DNA from: Neocallimastix sp. 'constans'
Taxonomy: Eukaryota
Assembly: GCA_050613775.1 (NCBI GenBank)
Contig: JBODTK010000121.1
Location: 186,001-250,000 of the forward strand
Length of the DNA: 64,000 nucleotides
Reading direction: 5' to 3'
In this document: positions 45,345 to 55,365 of the stretch, in pieces
How positions within the stretch are numbered: the first letter of the stretch is position 1
Layout: every line of letters begins with the position of its first letter
Made by a program: the position numbers and the translations under genes
The notes under the pieces: model-generated
What the model saw: only the letters and a program-made list of their open reading frames with translations
Databases searched by the model: none
What the model was told of the DNA's origin: nothing

Positions 45345-48300
45345 TCCCAATGATGGAACCTAAGCTGTATGGTTTCTGAGGGGATTCAGCAATTAGTATA
45401 ATAATAAAATCTTAATTATTTTTCAATCTTATATGCAATTTCAATCTTTTTATATACCCCAATGAAGTGGACTGTTTTTCCAGGTCCATGGAGGGTTGAT
45501 GGAAAAGGAATAACCTATATCAGGTGTACTAATTACAGCTTTCTGTGATTCTGATGATAATCAATGGTTATCCTTTCTAAAGTGGCTTCTAGTACGAAGA
45601 GAGAAATCTGGAATACTGGAAGACTGTAGAAAGTGAACTTGACGTTCTATAATGTCTTAAACTGGATATGTAGTAACATTGGAGTTGTACAATTAATAAT
45701 ATCATGTAGTTTCTACATATTATCATTGTAATGAATCTATTGTATTTTTTACTTTAGCATTATTTTGTATATGTTTTTTTCTATAGTATTATTTATACTC
45801 TCATGTAGCTATTGTAAAATGGAAATGTAGGAGATTGATTCACTCCAAAGCTTGTGTTTGAGACATTATTTAACGGATGGGAATCTTTTTATAGTTTTTC
45901 ACAACTATTATTTCATTAACATTTAAATTTTATATTATATATGATTATTTTACAGAAATTTTTACATAAAACAGGAATTTATAATTGAAAATCATTAATT
46001 AAAACTAGTCAACACAAAAAGAAAGAAAAACAAACAAGTTTTAGCAAACAATATACACGAAAGAGAAGACAACAGCAATAAATTTTTATTTTTTTTTAAT
46101 TTTTTAATTTTTACTAATTTTATTTTTTTATTTTTTTATTACACTTACTTTTTATTAATATAGATAAGTTTTTTATTTTATTATGTCAACTATACGAAGA
46201 GGTCTGCGACTTTATGGTCCTGACCATGATAAATTTGTTTTAATTTTCATTCATGATCTTGAATCTTGGACTGAAAGTAGACTATGGGAATTTTTAAGCA
46301 AAAAGATATCAAATTGTAATGAAGTTGTTCATGGAATCGTTAAAAAACACTATATTAATATGGAAAACTACTTCATCCTAAGAGTTAACTATAATAATTG
46401 TACGGATTATTTGAAGGTTATTTATTTGATTACTAAGCACTTACCTGTTAAAAGAATTAAATGGAAGATTACTTCAAGGATACGCACATTTAGTAATGTT
46501 AATCATAATAGAACCAGGTATTATTCTGAACCCTCAATCCCCATCTCTGAAAGCCTCCTGTATGCTAACCCTTTCTCGAATACTAAATATTTCAACCTCT
46601 GTATTAGCTGGAACATAAATGGTTGGAATTCTGAAAAACGTGACGGACTTACCAATTTTAATTCAATCTTTAATCCTATTTGTATTTGTCTTCAAGAAGT
46701 CGGTAATAGTTCATTCCTTAACTCCTTTTCTAACTCATATCCATTCCTTAATCATTATAGAACAGTACTGAGACGTGCGGACAAAAAAATCCCTGGTATG
46801 AGGGGCCTTTATATAGGTGTGCACTCCTCCTGCCAATTCACTAATGATGATTTTGAATATAGATATATACTCTCAGTAAATATATTCTCTTTTTGGGGTG
46901 TCAGATGTTCTTTAGGGAACATTTACATCCCTAGCAAAAAACACAAAGACTCTAGAGAAAAAGCGGAAACTGATTTTGCTAATTGGCTCAAGAACCATCA
47001 GAATAACCCTTCGGCTATTGTTGGTGATTTCAACATGACTAAGCAACAACTCAAAGATCTTATTCTTAGAATTTCCCCTCAATGGTTTGTTATGGATATG
47101 GTTGGTCATCAATTTACTTGGTCTAATGGTGGAAAGAATTCTTGTATTGATTTTATAGTAGTGAACGATAAATTAAGAAATTATCTGAATATTGCTTCTG
47201 TATGCTACTCTTTTAATGACATCTCTGACCATTTACCACTTATTCTTTCTTGTAAAAAAATATCTCCTGATGGTTTTGTTACTCCCCCTCGGGATAAACA
47301 AATTAAGTGGTCTAATCGAATTTGTAGGGATAAACGTGAAGCAATCTTCTCTCATAATAAATTCACATGTTTACTGGATGAATTTGAACATAATGATAAT
47401 CTAGACTCTAATACAATGGTTAAAAAACTTCTTGACACAGCAAATAAAATAGGCGATGACATTCAAGCAAGAGTTCCTACAAATTTACAGGGTTCAGCGT
47501 TCCATTGTCCTGCTTATATTAAGAAATTATCACATGAAAAACATTTATTTTATAAAAGGATTAAAAATTTTAAACTTCGTAATGATTTGTCAAATCTTCA
47601 AGAATTTTGTGATCTCTCAAAAGAATATAGAGTTCTCTCTGATTATATCATTAGTATTAAAAGAAATATTAGAAATATTAGATTTAAAAATTTGATTCAT
47701 TCCATCGGCGAATGTTTCTTAAAAAATGATGCCCAGCGTGGTTGGTCTGGACTTAAGAAAATTTCTAAACCTTCTTACTCTCCTTCCCAATCACCTGTAT
47801 ACATTAAAGATAAAGAAGGTAATGTTCTAGTATCCCAAGAAGATCAACTCAATCGTTTTGCAGAACACTATGAAGAACTTGCTTCTGATATAACTGGTCA
47901 CAGTCTTAATGAAAATTATTGGAAAAGAATACTTAATAATTCTTCTACTCCTCAGGAATCATGGGATATTAATCAACCTATTTCCATGTCAGAAATTCAT
48001 TCAACTGTTCTTTCAATGAAAAATAACAAAGCACCTGGTCCTGATGGTATACCTACAGAATTTTTTAAAGCATTTTTTAATTCTGAGAGTAGAAATTCTT
48101 CTCAGGATGACTCTAATCAAGAGGTTACTTATTCCGATTGTGCAAAGTGTCTGTTATTACTTTTTAATAAAATTTGGGATGGTGACTTTCCTAATGAATG
48201 GAACTCTGCTTCTATTGTTTCTATTCCTAAAAAAGGGGATCTTTCAGATTGTAATAATTATCGTGGTATTTCACTCATCAATGTAGGTTTAAAAATTCTA

Positions 48301-50355
48301 TCAAAAATTGTCACTAAAAGAATATCGGACTATGCTTTTTCTAATGGAATAATTAGACCAGAACAGTTTGGTTTTAGAAATAAAGAAGAATGTATTAGTT
48401 TATTTGTATCCATTCGTGAAATTTGTCAAAGAAGAAAATTTAAGGATAAATTTACCTTTCTTGCCTTTCTTGACCTTAAAAAAGCTTATGATTCAGTTCC
48501 AATTTACAATATACTTACTAAACTAGATAATCTTGGTATTCGTGGTAAATGCCTTCAATTCATTACTAATCTATACCTTACCTCGAAAGCTCGTGCAATC
48601 TTTAATGGTAAACTTTCAAAAGAATTTCCAATACACCGTGGTGTTCGCCAAGGGTGTCCTCTCTCACCTATCTTATTCAATATATTTATCAATGATATTT
48701 TTGATAAATGTAAAAGATATGGTGTGATTACTGAAAAGAAAAAGTGTTGTGGTGGATTATTTGCTGATGATATTGTATTATTAGCTCCTACAAAATCTTC
48801 ACTTAAAAACCTTTTGAATATTGCTCATGATTGGGGTATTAAAAATGAAATGACCTTTGGAATCAATAAATGCGCTACACTAGTTGTTAAACCAAAGAAT
48901 TTTATTCCTTCAAGACATTATGAAAATCCTACATTTAGACTTGGTATGAACTATATACCAAGCACTAATCAATATACATATCTTGGTATACCTTTTAATG
49001 AATCGTTGGATTTAAAACCTATTATTGCTAAGATGAACAGTAAAATTAATTATACAGTTAACTCTTTCTTTAGATTTTTAACCAATAGGAATGTTCCTTT
49101 CTACTTTAAAACTCGTATACTAGTTTCTTTTGTCCTTAGTTCAGTTCTTTATTATGCTCCCTTACTTGGTTCAAATAAAAAGAATACTGAAAAAGCTCAA
49201 ACTGCTTTTAATCGAGGTTTGTATTGGAGTTTCGGGTTTAAAAATAAAACCTCCAATACTTCAATTTACAATATGTCTAAGGAACTTTCTATACCTCCTA
49301 TAGCTAGTTTTTGTGCTAAGGCGATGATTCGATGCTTTAAAAAGTGGAAAGATTCTTCTTGTATTATTTCTCATTTAGTCAAAAATATACCTACACTTTC
49401 TCACTATTCATGGACGAAAAAAGCACGGAGTTTAGCAGTACACAAGCACAGTAATAAACTTCCTGGAGAAATAAGGAAGTTTTACTGGGAAAATATTCAT
49501 TATTCAAGCACTCCTGCGATCAGATCTACAAAATACAAGAAATTTAAATTTGGTTTTAAAAAATTTATTCATCGTCTATCACTTAAATATTCACAATTTT
49601 CTCTTGGATTTTTTTGGATTGGACGAATTAAATGTGGATTCAAATTTGATGTAAAAACGTATGTTAAAAGTAATCTAGTATCAGAAAATTGCCCAACATA
49701 CTGCCCTTGTTGTGGTGAGAGTAACAGCATACCTAGTTTTACACACTGGATACTTTTATGTCCTAAATTTGAAGAATTTAGGCAACATTTCATTCCCTTT
49801 GTTGATGAAATTTTTATTAATTTTTCTCTAATTGTTCATGAGAAATCATTGAACATTCCTGATGATAAAGAGGAAGATTTTGATGATAATATCAATTTTT
49901 ACGTGCTGTGTATCCTTCTTGGCGGAAATGCAGTATTTGAAATCTTAAAGATCGGCTCGGGGGAAAGAAGGCGACTTATTAATAATATTTTTCAATCACC
50001 TTCGAACGAGTCTTCTTTCCCGATTTCATTTTTTGTGGGGCTTGCGGAATTCCTTACTAACGTTATGCCTATTGTGATTGGTGATTTTTACACCATGATC
50101 GATTTGTATAGTGTTAGACCTACCGTTGTCAAGAGTGTCGACGTCGTAACGATAAGGCAAAGAAGAAATTCTGATACAGATTCGAATGATAATTTTCATC
50201 CACATGGGGTTATCTTCGATGAATGGGAAGAGTTAGAGGCCTTTTCGTCCTCGAAGCTCATAACGTAGTTTTTTAATATTAATATAAAAAAATTTCATGT
50301 ATTTAAATTTCATGTATTTTTTAAAAAAATATTATTAAATAAAGTTTATTCCTAG

Positions 50356-50400
<45 letters not shown>
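45345..50400 (+). mobile_element. Full-length non-LTR retrotransposon copy 1 (body from 45457, plus 112-nt extra 5' leader)
   Basis: 5' UTR of about 725 nt, single ORF, short 3' UTR, poly(A) 50359-50400. Flanked by the 12-bp duplication ATCCTCCCCAAT (45333-45344, 50401-50412). Confidence 0.95.
46183..50268 (+). CDS. LINE polyprotein: N-terminal domain + APE endonuclease + reverse transcriptase + C-terminal Cys/His finger (intact)
   Basis: APE: SWNING, CLQE, VGDFN, IDFI, SDHLP. RT: KAPGPDG, NYRGISL, QFGFR, FLDLKKAYDSV, GVRQGCPLSPILF, FADD, YTYLG. Finger CPCC-x10-HWILLC. Confidence 0.97.
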   Translation: MSTIRRGLRLYGPDHDKFVLIFIHDLESWTESRLWEFLSKKISNCNEVVHGIVKKHYINMENYFILRVNYNNCTDYLKVIYLITKHLPVKRIKWKITSRIRTFSNVNHNRTRYYSEPSIPISESLLYANPFSNTKYFNLCISWNINGWNSEKRDGLTNFNSIFNPICICLQEVGNSSFLNSFSNSYPFLNHYRTVLRRADKKIPGMRGLYIGVHSSCQFTNDDFEYRYILSVNIFSFWGVRCSLGNIYIPSKKHKDSREKAETDFANWLKNHQNNPSAIVGDFNMTKQQLKDLILRISPQWFVMDMVGHQFTWSNGGKNSCIDFIVVNDKLRNYLNIASVCYSFNDISDHLPLILSCKKISPDGFVTPPRDKQIKWSNRICRDKREAIFSHNKFTCLLDEFEHNDNLDSNTMVKKLLDTANKIGDDIQARVPTNLQGSAFHCPAYIKKLSHEKHLFYKRIKNFKLRNDLSNLQEFCDLSKEYRVLSDYIISIKRNIRNIRFKNLIHSIGECFLKNDAQRGWSGLKKISKPSYSPSQSPVYIKDKEGNVLVSQEDQLNRFAEHYEELASDITGHSLNENYWKRILNNSSTPQESWDINQPISMSEIHSTVLSMKNNKAPGPDGIPTEFFKAFFNSESRNSSQDDSNQEVTYSDCAKCLLLLFNKIWDGDFPNEWNSASIVSIPKKGDLSDCNNYRGISLINVGLKILSKIVTKRISDYAFSNGIIRPEQFGFRNKEECISLFVSIREICQRRKFKDKFTFLAFLDLKKAYDSVPIYNILTKLDNLGIRGKCLQFITNLYLTSKARAIFNGKLSKEFPIHRGVRQGCPLSPILFNIFINDIFDKCKRYGVITEKKKCCGGLFADDIVLLAPTKSSLKNLLNIAHDWGIKNEMTFGINKCATLVVKPKNFIPSRHYENPTFRLGMNYIPSTNQYTYLGIPFNESLDLKPIIAKMNSKINYTVNSFFRFLTNRNVPFYFKTRILVSFVLSSVLYYAPLLGSNKKNTEKAQTAFNRGLYWSFGFKNKTSNTSIYNMSKELSIPPIASFCAKAMIRCFKKWKDSSCIISHLVKNIPTLSHYSWTKKARSLAVHKHSNKLPGEIRKFYWENIHYSSTPAIRSTKYKKFKFGFKKFIHRLSLKYSQFSLGFFWIGRIKCGFKFDVKTYVKSNLVSENCPTYCPCCGESNSIPSFTHWILLCPKFEEFRQHFIPFVDEIFINFSLIVHEKSLNIPDDKEEDFDDNINFYVLCILLGGNAVFEILKIGSGERRRLINNIFQSPSNESSFPISFFVGLAEFLTNVMPIVIGDFYTMIDLYSVRPTVVKSVDVVTIRQRRNSDTDSNDNFHPHGVIFDEWEELEAFSSSKLIT

Positions 50401-50404
<4 letters not shown>

Positions 50405-50405
50405 T

Positions 50406-53400
50406 CCCCAATGAAGTGGACTGTTTTTCCAGGTCCATGGAGGGTTGATGGAAAAGGAATAACCTATATCAGGTGTACTAATTACAGCTTTCTGTGATTC
50501 TGATGATAATCAATGGTTATCCTTTCTAAGTGGCTTCTAGTACGAAGAGAGAAATCTGGAATACTGGAAGACTGTAGAAAGTGAACTTGACGTTCTATAA
50601 TGTCTTAAACTGGATATGTAGTAACATTGGAGTTGTATAATTAATAATATCATGTAGTTTCTACATATTATCATTGTAATGAATCTATTGTATTTTTTAC
50701 TTTAGCATTATTTTGTACATGTTTTTTTCTATAGTATTATTTATACTCTCATGTAGCTATTGTAAAATGGAAATGTAGGAGATTGATTCACTCCAAAGCT
50801 TGTGTTTGAGACATTATTTAACGGATGGGAATCTTTTTATAGTTTTTCACAACTATTATTTCATTAACATTTAAATTTTATATTATATATGATTATTTTA
50901 CAGAAATTTTTACATAAAACAGGAATTTATAATTGAAAATCATTAATTAAAAACTAGTCAACACAAAAAGAAAGAAAAACAAACAAGTTTTAGCAAACAA
51001 TATACACGAAAGAGAAGACAACAGCAATAAATTTTTATTTTTTTTTAATTTTTTAATTTTTTACTAATTTTATTTTTTTATTTTTATATTACACTTACCT
51101 TTTATTAATACAGATAAGTTTTTTATTTTATTATGTCAACTATACGAAGAGGTCTGCGACTTTATGGTCCTGACCATGATAAATTTGTTTTAATTTTCAT
51201 TCATGATCTTGAATCTTGGACTGAAAGTAGACTATGGGAATTTTTAAGCAAAAAGATATCAAATTGTAATGAAGTTGTTCATGGAATCGTTAAAAAACAC
51301 TATATTAATATGGAAAACTACTTCATCCTAAGAGTTAACTATAATAATTTTACTGATTATTTGAAGGTTATTTATTTGATTACTAAGCACTTACCTGTTA
51401 AAAGAATAAAATGGAAGATTACTTCAAGGATACGCACATTTAGCAATGTTAATCATAATAGAACCAGGTATTATTCTGAACCCTCAATCCCCATTTCTGA
51501 AAGCCTCCTGTATGCTAACCCTTTCTCGAATACTAAATATTTCAACCTCTGTATTAGCTGGAACATAAATGGTTGGAATTCTGAAAAACGTGACGGACTT
51601 ACCAATTTTAATTCAATCTTTAATCCTATTTGTATTTGTCTTCAAGAAGTCGGTAATAGTTCATTCCTTAACTCCTTTTCTAACTCATATCCATTCCTTA
51701 ATCATTATAGAACAGTACTGAGACGTGCGGACAAAAAAATCCCTGGTATGAGGGGCCTTTATATAGGTGTGCACTCCTCCTGCCAATTCACTAATGATGA
51801 TTTTGAATATAGATATATACTCTCAGTAAATATATTCTCTTTTTGGGGTGTCAGATGTTCTTTAGGGAACATTTACATCCCTAGCAAAAAACACAAAGAC
51901 TCTAGAGAAAAAGCGGAAACTGATTTTGCTAATTGGCTCAAGAACCATCAGAATAACCCTTCGGCTATTGTTGGTGATTTCAACATGACTAAGCAACAAC
52001 TCAAAGATCTTATTCTTAGAATTTCCCCTCAATGGTTTGTTATGGATATGGTTGGTCATCAATTTACTTGGTCTAATGGTGGAAAGAATTCTTGTATTGA
52101 TTTTATAGTAGTGAACGATAAATTAAGAAATTATCTGAATATTGCTTCTGTATGCTACTCTTTTAATGACATCTCTGACCATTTACCACTTATTCTTTCT
52201 TGTAAAAAAATTTCTCCTGATGGTTTTGTTACTCCCCCTCGGGATAAACAAGTTAAGTGGTCTAATCGAATTTGTAGGGATAAACGTGAAGCAATCTTCT
52301 CTCATAATAAATTCACATGTTTACTGGATGAATTTGAACATAATGATAATCTAGACTCTAATACAATGGTTAAAAAACTTCTTGACACAGCAAATAAAAT
52401 AGGCGATGACATTCATGCAAGAGTTCCTACAAATTTACAGGGTTCAGCGTTCCATTGTCCTGCTTATATTAAGAAATTATCACATGAAAAACATTTATTT
52501 TATAAAAGGATTAAAAATTTTAAACTTAGTAATGATTTGTCAAATCTTCAAGAATTTTGTGATCTCTCAAAAGAATATAGAGTTCTTTCTGATTATATCA
52601 TTAGTATTAAAAGAAATATTAGGAATATTAGATTTAAAAATTTGATTCATTCCATCGGCGAATGTTTCTTAAAAAATGATGCCCAGCGTGGTTGGTCTGG
52701 ACTTAAGAAAATTTCTAAACCTTCTTACTCTCCTTCCCAATCACCTGTATACATTAAAGATAAAGAAGGTAATGTTCTAGTATCCCAAGAAGATCAACTC
52801 AATCGTTTTGCAGAACACTATGAAGAACTTGCTTCTGATATAACTGGTCACAGTCTTAATGAAAATTATTGGAAAAGAATACTTAATAATTCTTCTACTC
52901 CTCAGGAATCATGGGATATTAATCAACCTATTTCCATGTCAGAAATTCATTCAACTGTTCTTTCAATGAAAAATAACAAAGCACCTGGTCCTGATGGTAT
53001 ACCTACAGAATTTTTTAAAGCATTTTTTAATTCTGAGAGTAGAAATTCTTCTCAGGATGACTCTAATCGAGAGGTTACTTATTCCGATTGTGCAAAGTGT
53101 CTGTTATTACTTTTTAATAAAATTTGGGATGGTGACTTTCCTAATGAATGGAACTCTGCTTCTATTGTTTCTATTCCTAAAAAAGGGGATCTTTCAGATT
53201 GTAATAATTATCGTGGTATTTCACTCATCAATGTAGGTTTAAAAATTCTATCAAAAATTGTCACTAAAAGAATATCGGACTATGCTTTTTCTAATGGAAT
53301 AATTAGACCAGAACAGTTTGGTTTTAGAAATAAAGAAGAATGTATTAGTTTATTTGTATCCATTCGTGAAATTTGTCAAAGAAGAAAATTTAAGGATAAA

Positions 53401-55308
53401 TTTACCTTTCTTGCCTTTCTTGACCTTAAAAAAGCTTATGATTCAGTTCCAATTTACAATATACTTACTAAACTAAATTATCTTGGTATTCGTGGTAAAT
53501 GCCTTCAATTCATTACTAATCTATACCTTACCTCGAAAGCTCGTGCAAACTTTAATGGTAAACTTTCAAAAGAATTTCCAATACACCGTGGTGTTCGCCA
53601 AGGGTGTCCTCTCTCACCTATTTTATTCAATATATTTATCAATGATATTTTTGATAAATGTAAAAGTTATGGTGTGATTACTGAAAAGAAAAAGTGTTGT
53701 GGTGGATTATTTGCTGATAATATTGTATTATTAGCTCCTACAAAATCTTCACTTAAAAACCTTTTGAATATTGCTCATGATTGGGGTATTAAAAATGAAA
53801 TGACCTTTGGAATCAATAAATGCGCTACACTAGTTGTTAAACCAAAGAATTTTATACCTTCAAGACATTATGAAAATCCTACTTTTAGACTTGGTATGAA
53901 CTATATACCAAGCACTAATCAATATACATATCTTGGTATACCTTTTAATGAATCGTTGGATTTAAAACCTATTATTGCTAAGATGAATAGTAAAATTAAT
54001 TATACAGTTAACTCTTTCTTTAGATTTTTAACCAATAGGAATGTTCCTTTCTACTTTAAAACTCGTATACTAGTTTCTTTTGTCCTTAGTTCAGTTCTTT
54101 ATTATGCTCCCTTACTTGGTTCAAATAAAAAGAATACTGAAAAAGCTCAAACTGCTTTTAATCGAGGTTTGTATTGGAGTTTCGGGTTTAAAAATAAAAC
54201 CTCCAATACTTCAATTTACAATATGTCTAAGGAACTTTCTATACCTCCTATAGCTAGTTTTTGTGCTAAGGCGATGATTCGATGCTTTAAAAAGTGGAAA
54301 GATTCTTCTTGTATTATTTCTCATTTAGTCAAAAATATACCTACACTTTCTCACTATTCATGGACGAAAAAAGCACGGAGTTTAGCAGTACACAAGCACA
54401 ATAATAAACTTCCTGGAGAAATAAGGAAGTTTTACTGGGAAAATATTCATTATTCAAGCACTCCTGCGATCAGATCTACAAAATACAAGAAATTTAAATT
54501 TGGTTTTAAAAAATTTATTCAACGTCTATCACTTAAATTTTCACAATTTTCTCTTGGATTTTTTTGGATTGGACGAATTAAATGTGGATTCAAATTTGAT
54601 GTAAAAACGTATGTTAAAAGTAATCTAGTATCAGAAAATTGCCCAACATACTGCCCTTGTTGTGGTGAGAGTAACAGCATTCCTAGTTTTACACACTGGA
54701 TACTTTTATGTCCTAAATTTGAAGAATTTAGGCAACATTTCATTCCCTTTGTTGATGAAATTTTTATTAATTTTTCTCTTATTGTTCATGAGAAATCATT
54801 GAACATTCCTGATGATAAAGAGGAAGATTTTGATGATAATATCAATTTTTACGTGCTGTGTCTCCTTCTTGGCGGAAATGCAGTATTTGAAATCTTAAAG
54901 ATCGGCTCGGGGGAAAGAAGGCTATATATTAATAATATTTTTCAATCACCTTCGAACGAGTCTTCTTTCCCGATTTCATATTTTGTGGGGCTTGCGGAAT
55001 TCCTTACTAACGTTATGCCTATTGTGATTGGTGATTTTTACACCATGATCGATTTGTATAGTGTTAGACCTACCGTTGTCAAGAGCGTCGACGTCGTAAC
55101 GATAAGGCAAAGAAGAAATTCTGATACAGATTCGAATGATAATTTTCATCCACATGGAGTTATCTTCGATGAATGGGAAGAGTTAGAGGCCTTTTCGTCC
55201 TCGAATCTCATAACGTAGTTTTTTAATATTAATATAAAAAATAATTTCATGTATTTAAATTTCATGTATTTTTTAAAAAAAATATTATTAAATAAAGTTT
55301 ATTCCTAG

Positions 55309-55363
<55 letters not shown>
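50406..55363 (+). mobile_element. Full-length non-LTR retrotransposon copy 2
   Basis: Near-identical to copy 1 at about 4950 bp offset. Poly(A) 55312-55363. TSD GATAGTTATCCT (45326-45337, 55364-55375). Confidence 0.95.
51133..55218 (+). CDS. LINE polyprotein, open but with RT active-site substitution FADD>FADN
   Basis: Same domains as copy 1. Codon 53719-53721 is AAT where copy 1 has GAT (48769-48771). Confidence 0.93.
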   Translation: MSTIRRGLRLYGPDHDKFVLIFIHDLESWTESRLWEFLSKKISNCNEVVHGIVKKHYINMENYFILRVNYNNFTDYLKVIYLITKHLPVKRIKWKITSRIRTFSNVNHNRTRYYSEPSIPISESLLYANPFSNTKYFNLCISWNINGWNSEKRDGLTNFNSIFNPICICLQEVGNSSFLNSFSNSYPFLNHYRTVLRRADKKIPGMRGLYIGVHSSCQFTNDDFEYRYILSVNIFSFWGVRCSLGNIYIPSKKHKDSREKAETDFANWLKNHQNNPSAIVGDFNMTKQQLKDLILRISPQWFVMDMVGHQFTWSNGGKNSCIDFIVVNDKLRNYLNIASVCYSFNDISDHLPLILSCKKISPDGFVTPPRDKQVKWSNRICRDKREAIFSHNKFTCLLDEFEHNDNLDSNTMVKKLLDTANKIGDDIHARVPTNLQGSAFHCPAYIKKLSHEKHLFYKRIKNFKLSNDLSNLQEFCDLSKEYRVLSDYIISIKRNIRNIRFKNLIHSIGECFLKNDAQRGWSGLKKISKPSYSPSQSPVYIKDKEGNVLVSQEDQLNRFAEHYEELASDITGHSLNENYWKRILNNSSTPQESWDINQPISMSEIHSTVLSMKNNKAPGPDGIPTEFFKAFFNSESRNSSQDDSNREVTYSDCAKCLLLLFNKIWDGDFPNEWNSASIVSIPKKGDLSDCNNYRGISLINVGLKILSKIVTKRISDYAFSNGIIRPEQFGFRNKEECISLFVSIREICQRRKFKDKFTFLAFLDLKKAYDSVPIYNILTKLNYLGIRGKCLQFITNLYLTSKARANFNGKLSKEFPIHRGVRQGCPLSPILFNIFINDIFDKCKSYGVITEKKKCCGGLFADNIVLLAPTKSSLKNLLNIAHDWGIKNEMTFGINKCATLVVKPKNFIPSRHYENPTFRLGMNYIPSTNQYTYLGIPFNESLDLKPIIAKMNSKINYTVNSFFRFLTNRNVPFYFKTRILVSFVLSSVLYYAPLLGSNKKNTEKAQTAFNRGLYWSFGFKNKTSNTSIYNMSKELSIPPIASFCAKAMIRCFKKWKDSSCIISHLVKNIPTLSHYSWTKKARSLAVHKHNNKLPGEIRKFYWENIHYSSTPAIRSTKYKKFKFGFKKFIQRLSLKFSQFSLGFFWIGRIKCGFKFDVKTYVKSNLVSENCPTYCPCCGESNSIPSFTHWILLCPKFEEFRQHFIPFVDEIFINFSLIVHEKSLNIPDDKEEDFDDNINFYVLCLLLGGNAVFEILKIGSGERRLYINNIFQSPSNESSFPISYFVGLAEFLTNVMPIVIGDFYTMIDLYSVRPTVVKSVDVVTIRQRRNSDTDSNDNFHPHGVIFDEWEELEAFSSSNLIT

Positions 55364-55365
<2 letters not shown>

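Noticed and set aside
45346..45383. SECIS element or complete C/D snoRNA
   Set aside because: The stem above the GA pairs is too short for SECIS and it is not in a selenoprotein 3' UTR. Only about 20 nt separate the C- and D-like boxes, too short for a guide snoRNA. Kept only as a K-turn.
45462..45548. 28-codon upstream ORF (MKWTVFPGPW...) as a LINE ORF1
   Set aside because: Too short, and the frame is not preserved in the relic. Its ATG is better explained as part of the AAU-GA K-turn motif.
45545..45610. Hammerhead ribozyme suggested by CTGATGA followed by a hairpin
   Set aside because: No GAAA directly after stem II, no stems I/III found, and the relic has TTGATGA.
45457..55363. Tandem LINEs as an assembly artefact or simple segmental duplication
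   Set aside because: The copies differ at many positions, each has its own distinct 12-bp TSD, and only copy 1 has the extra leader.
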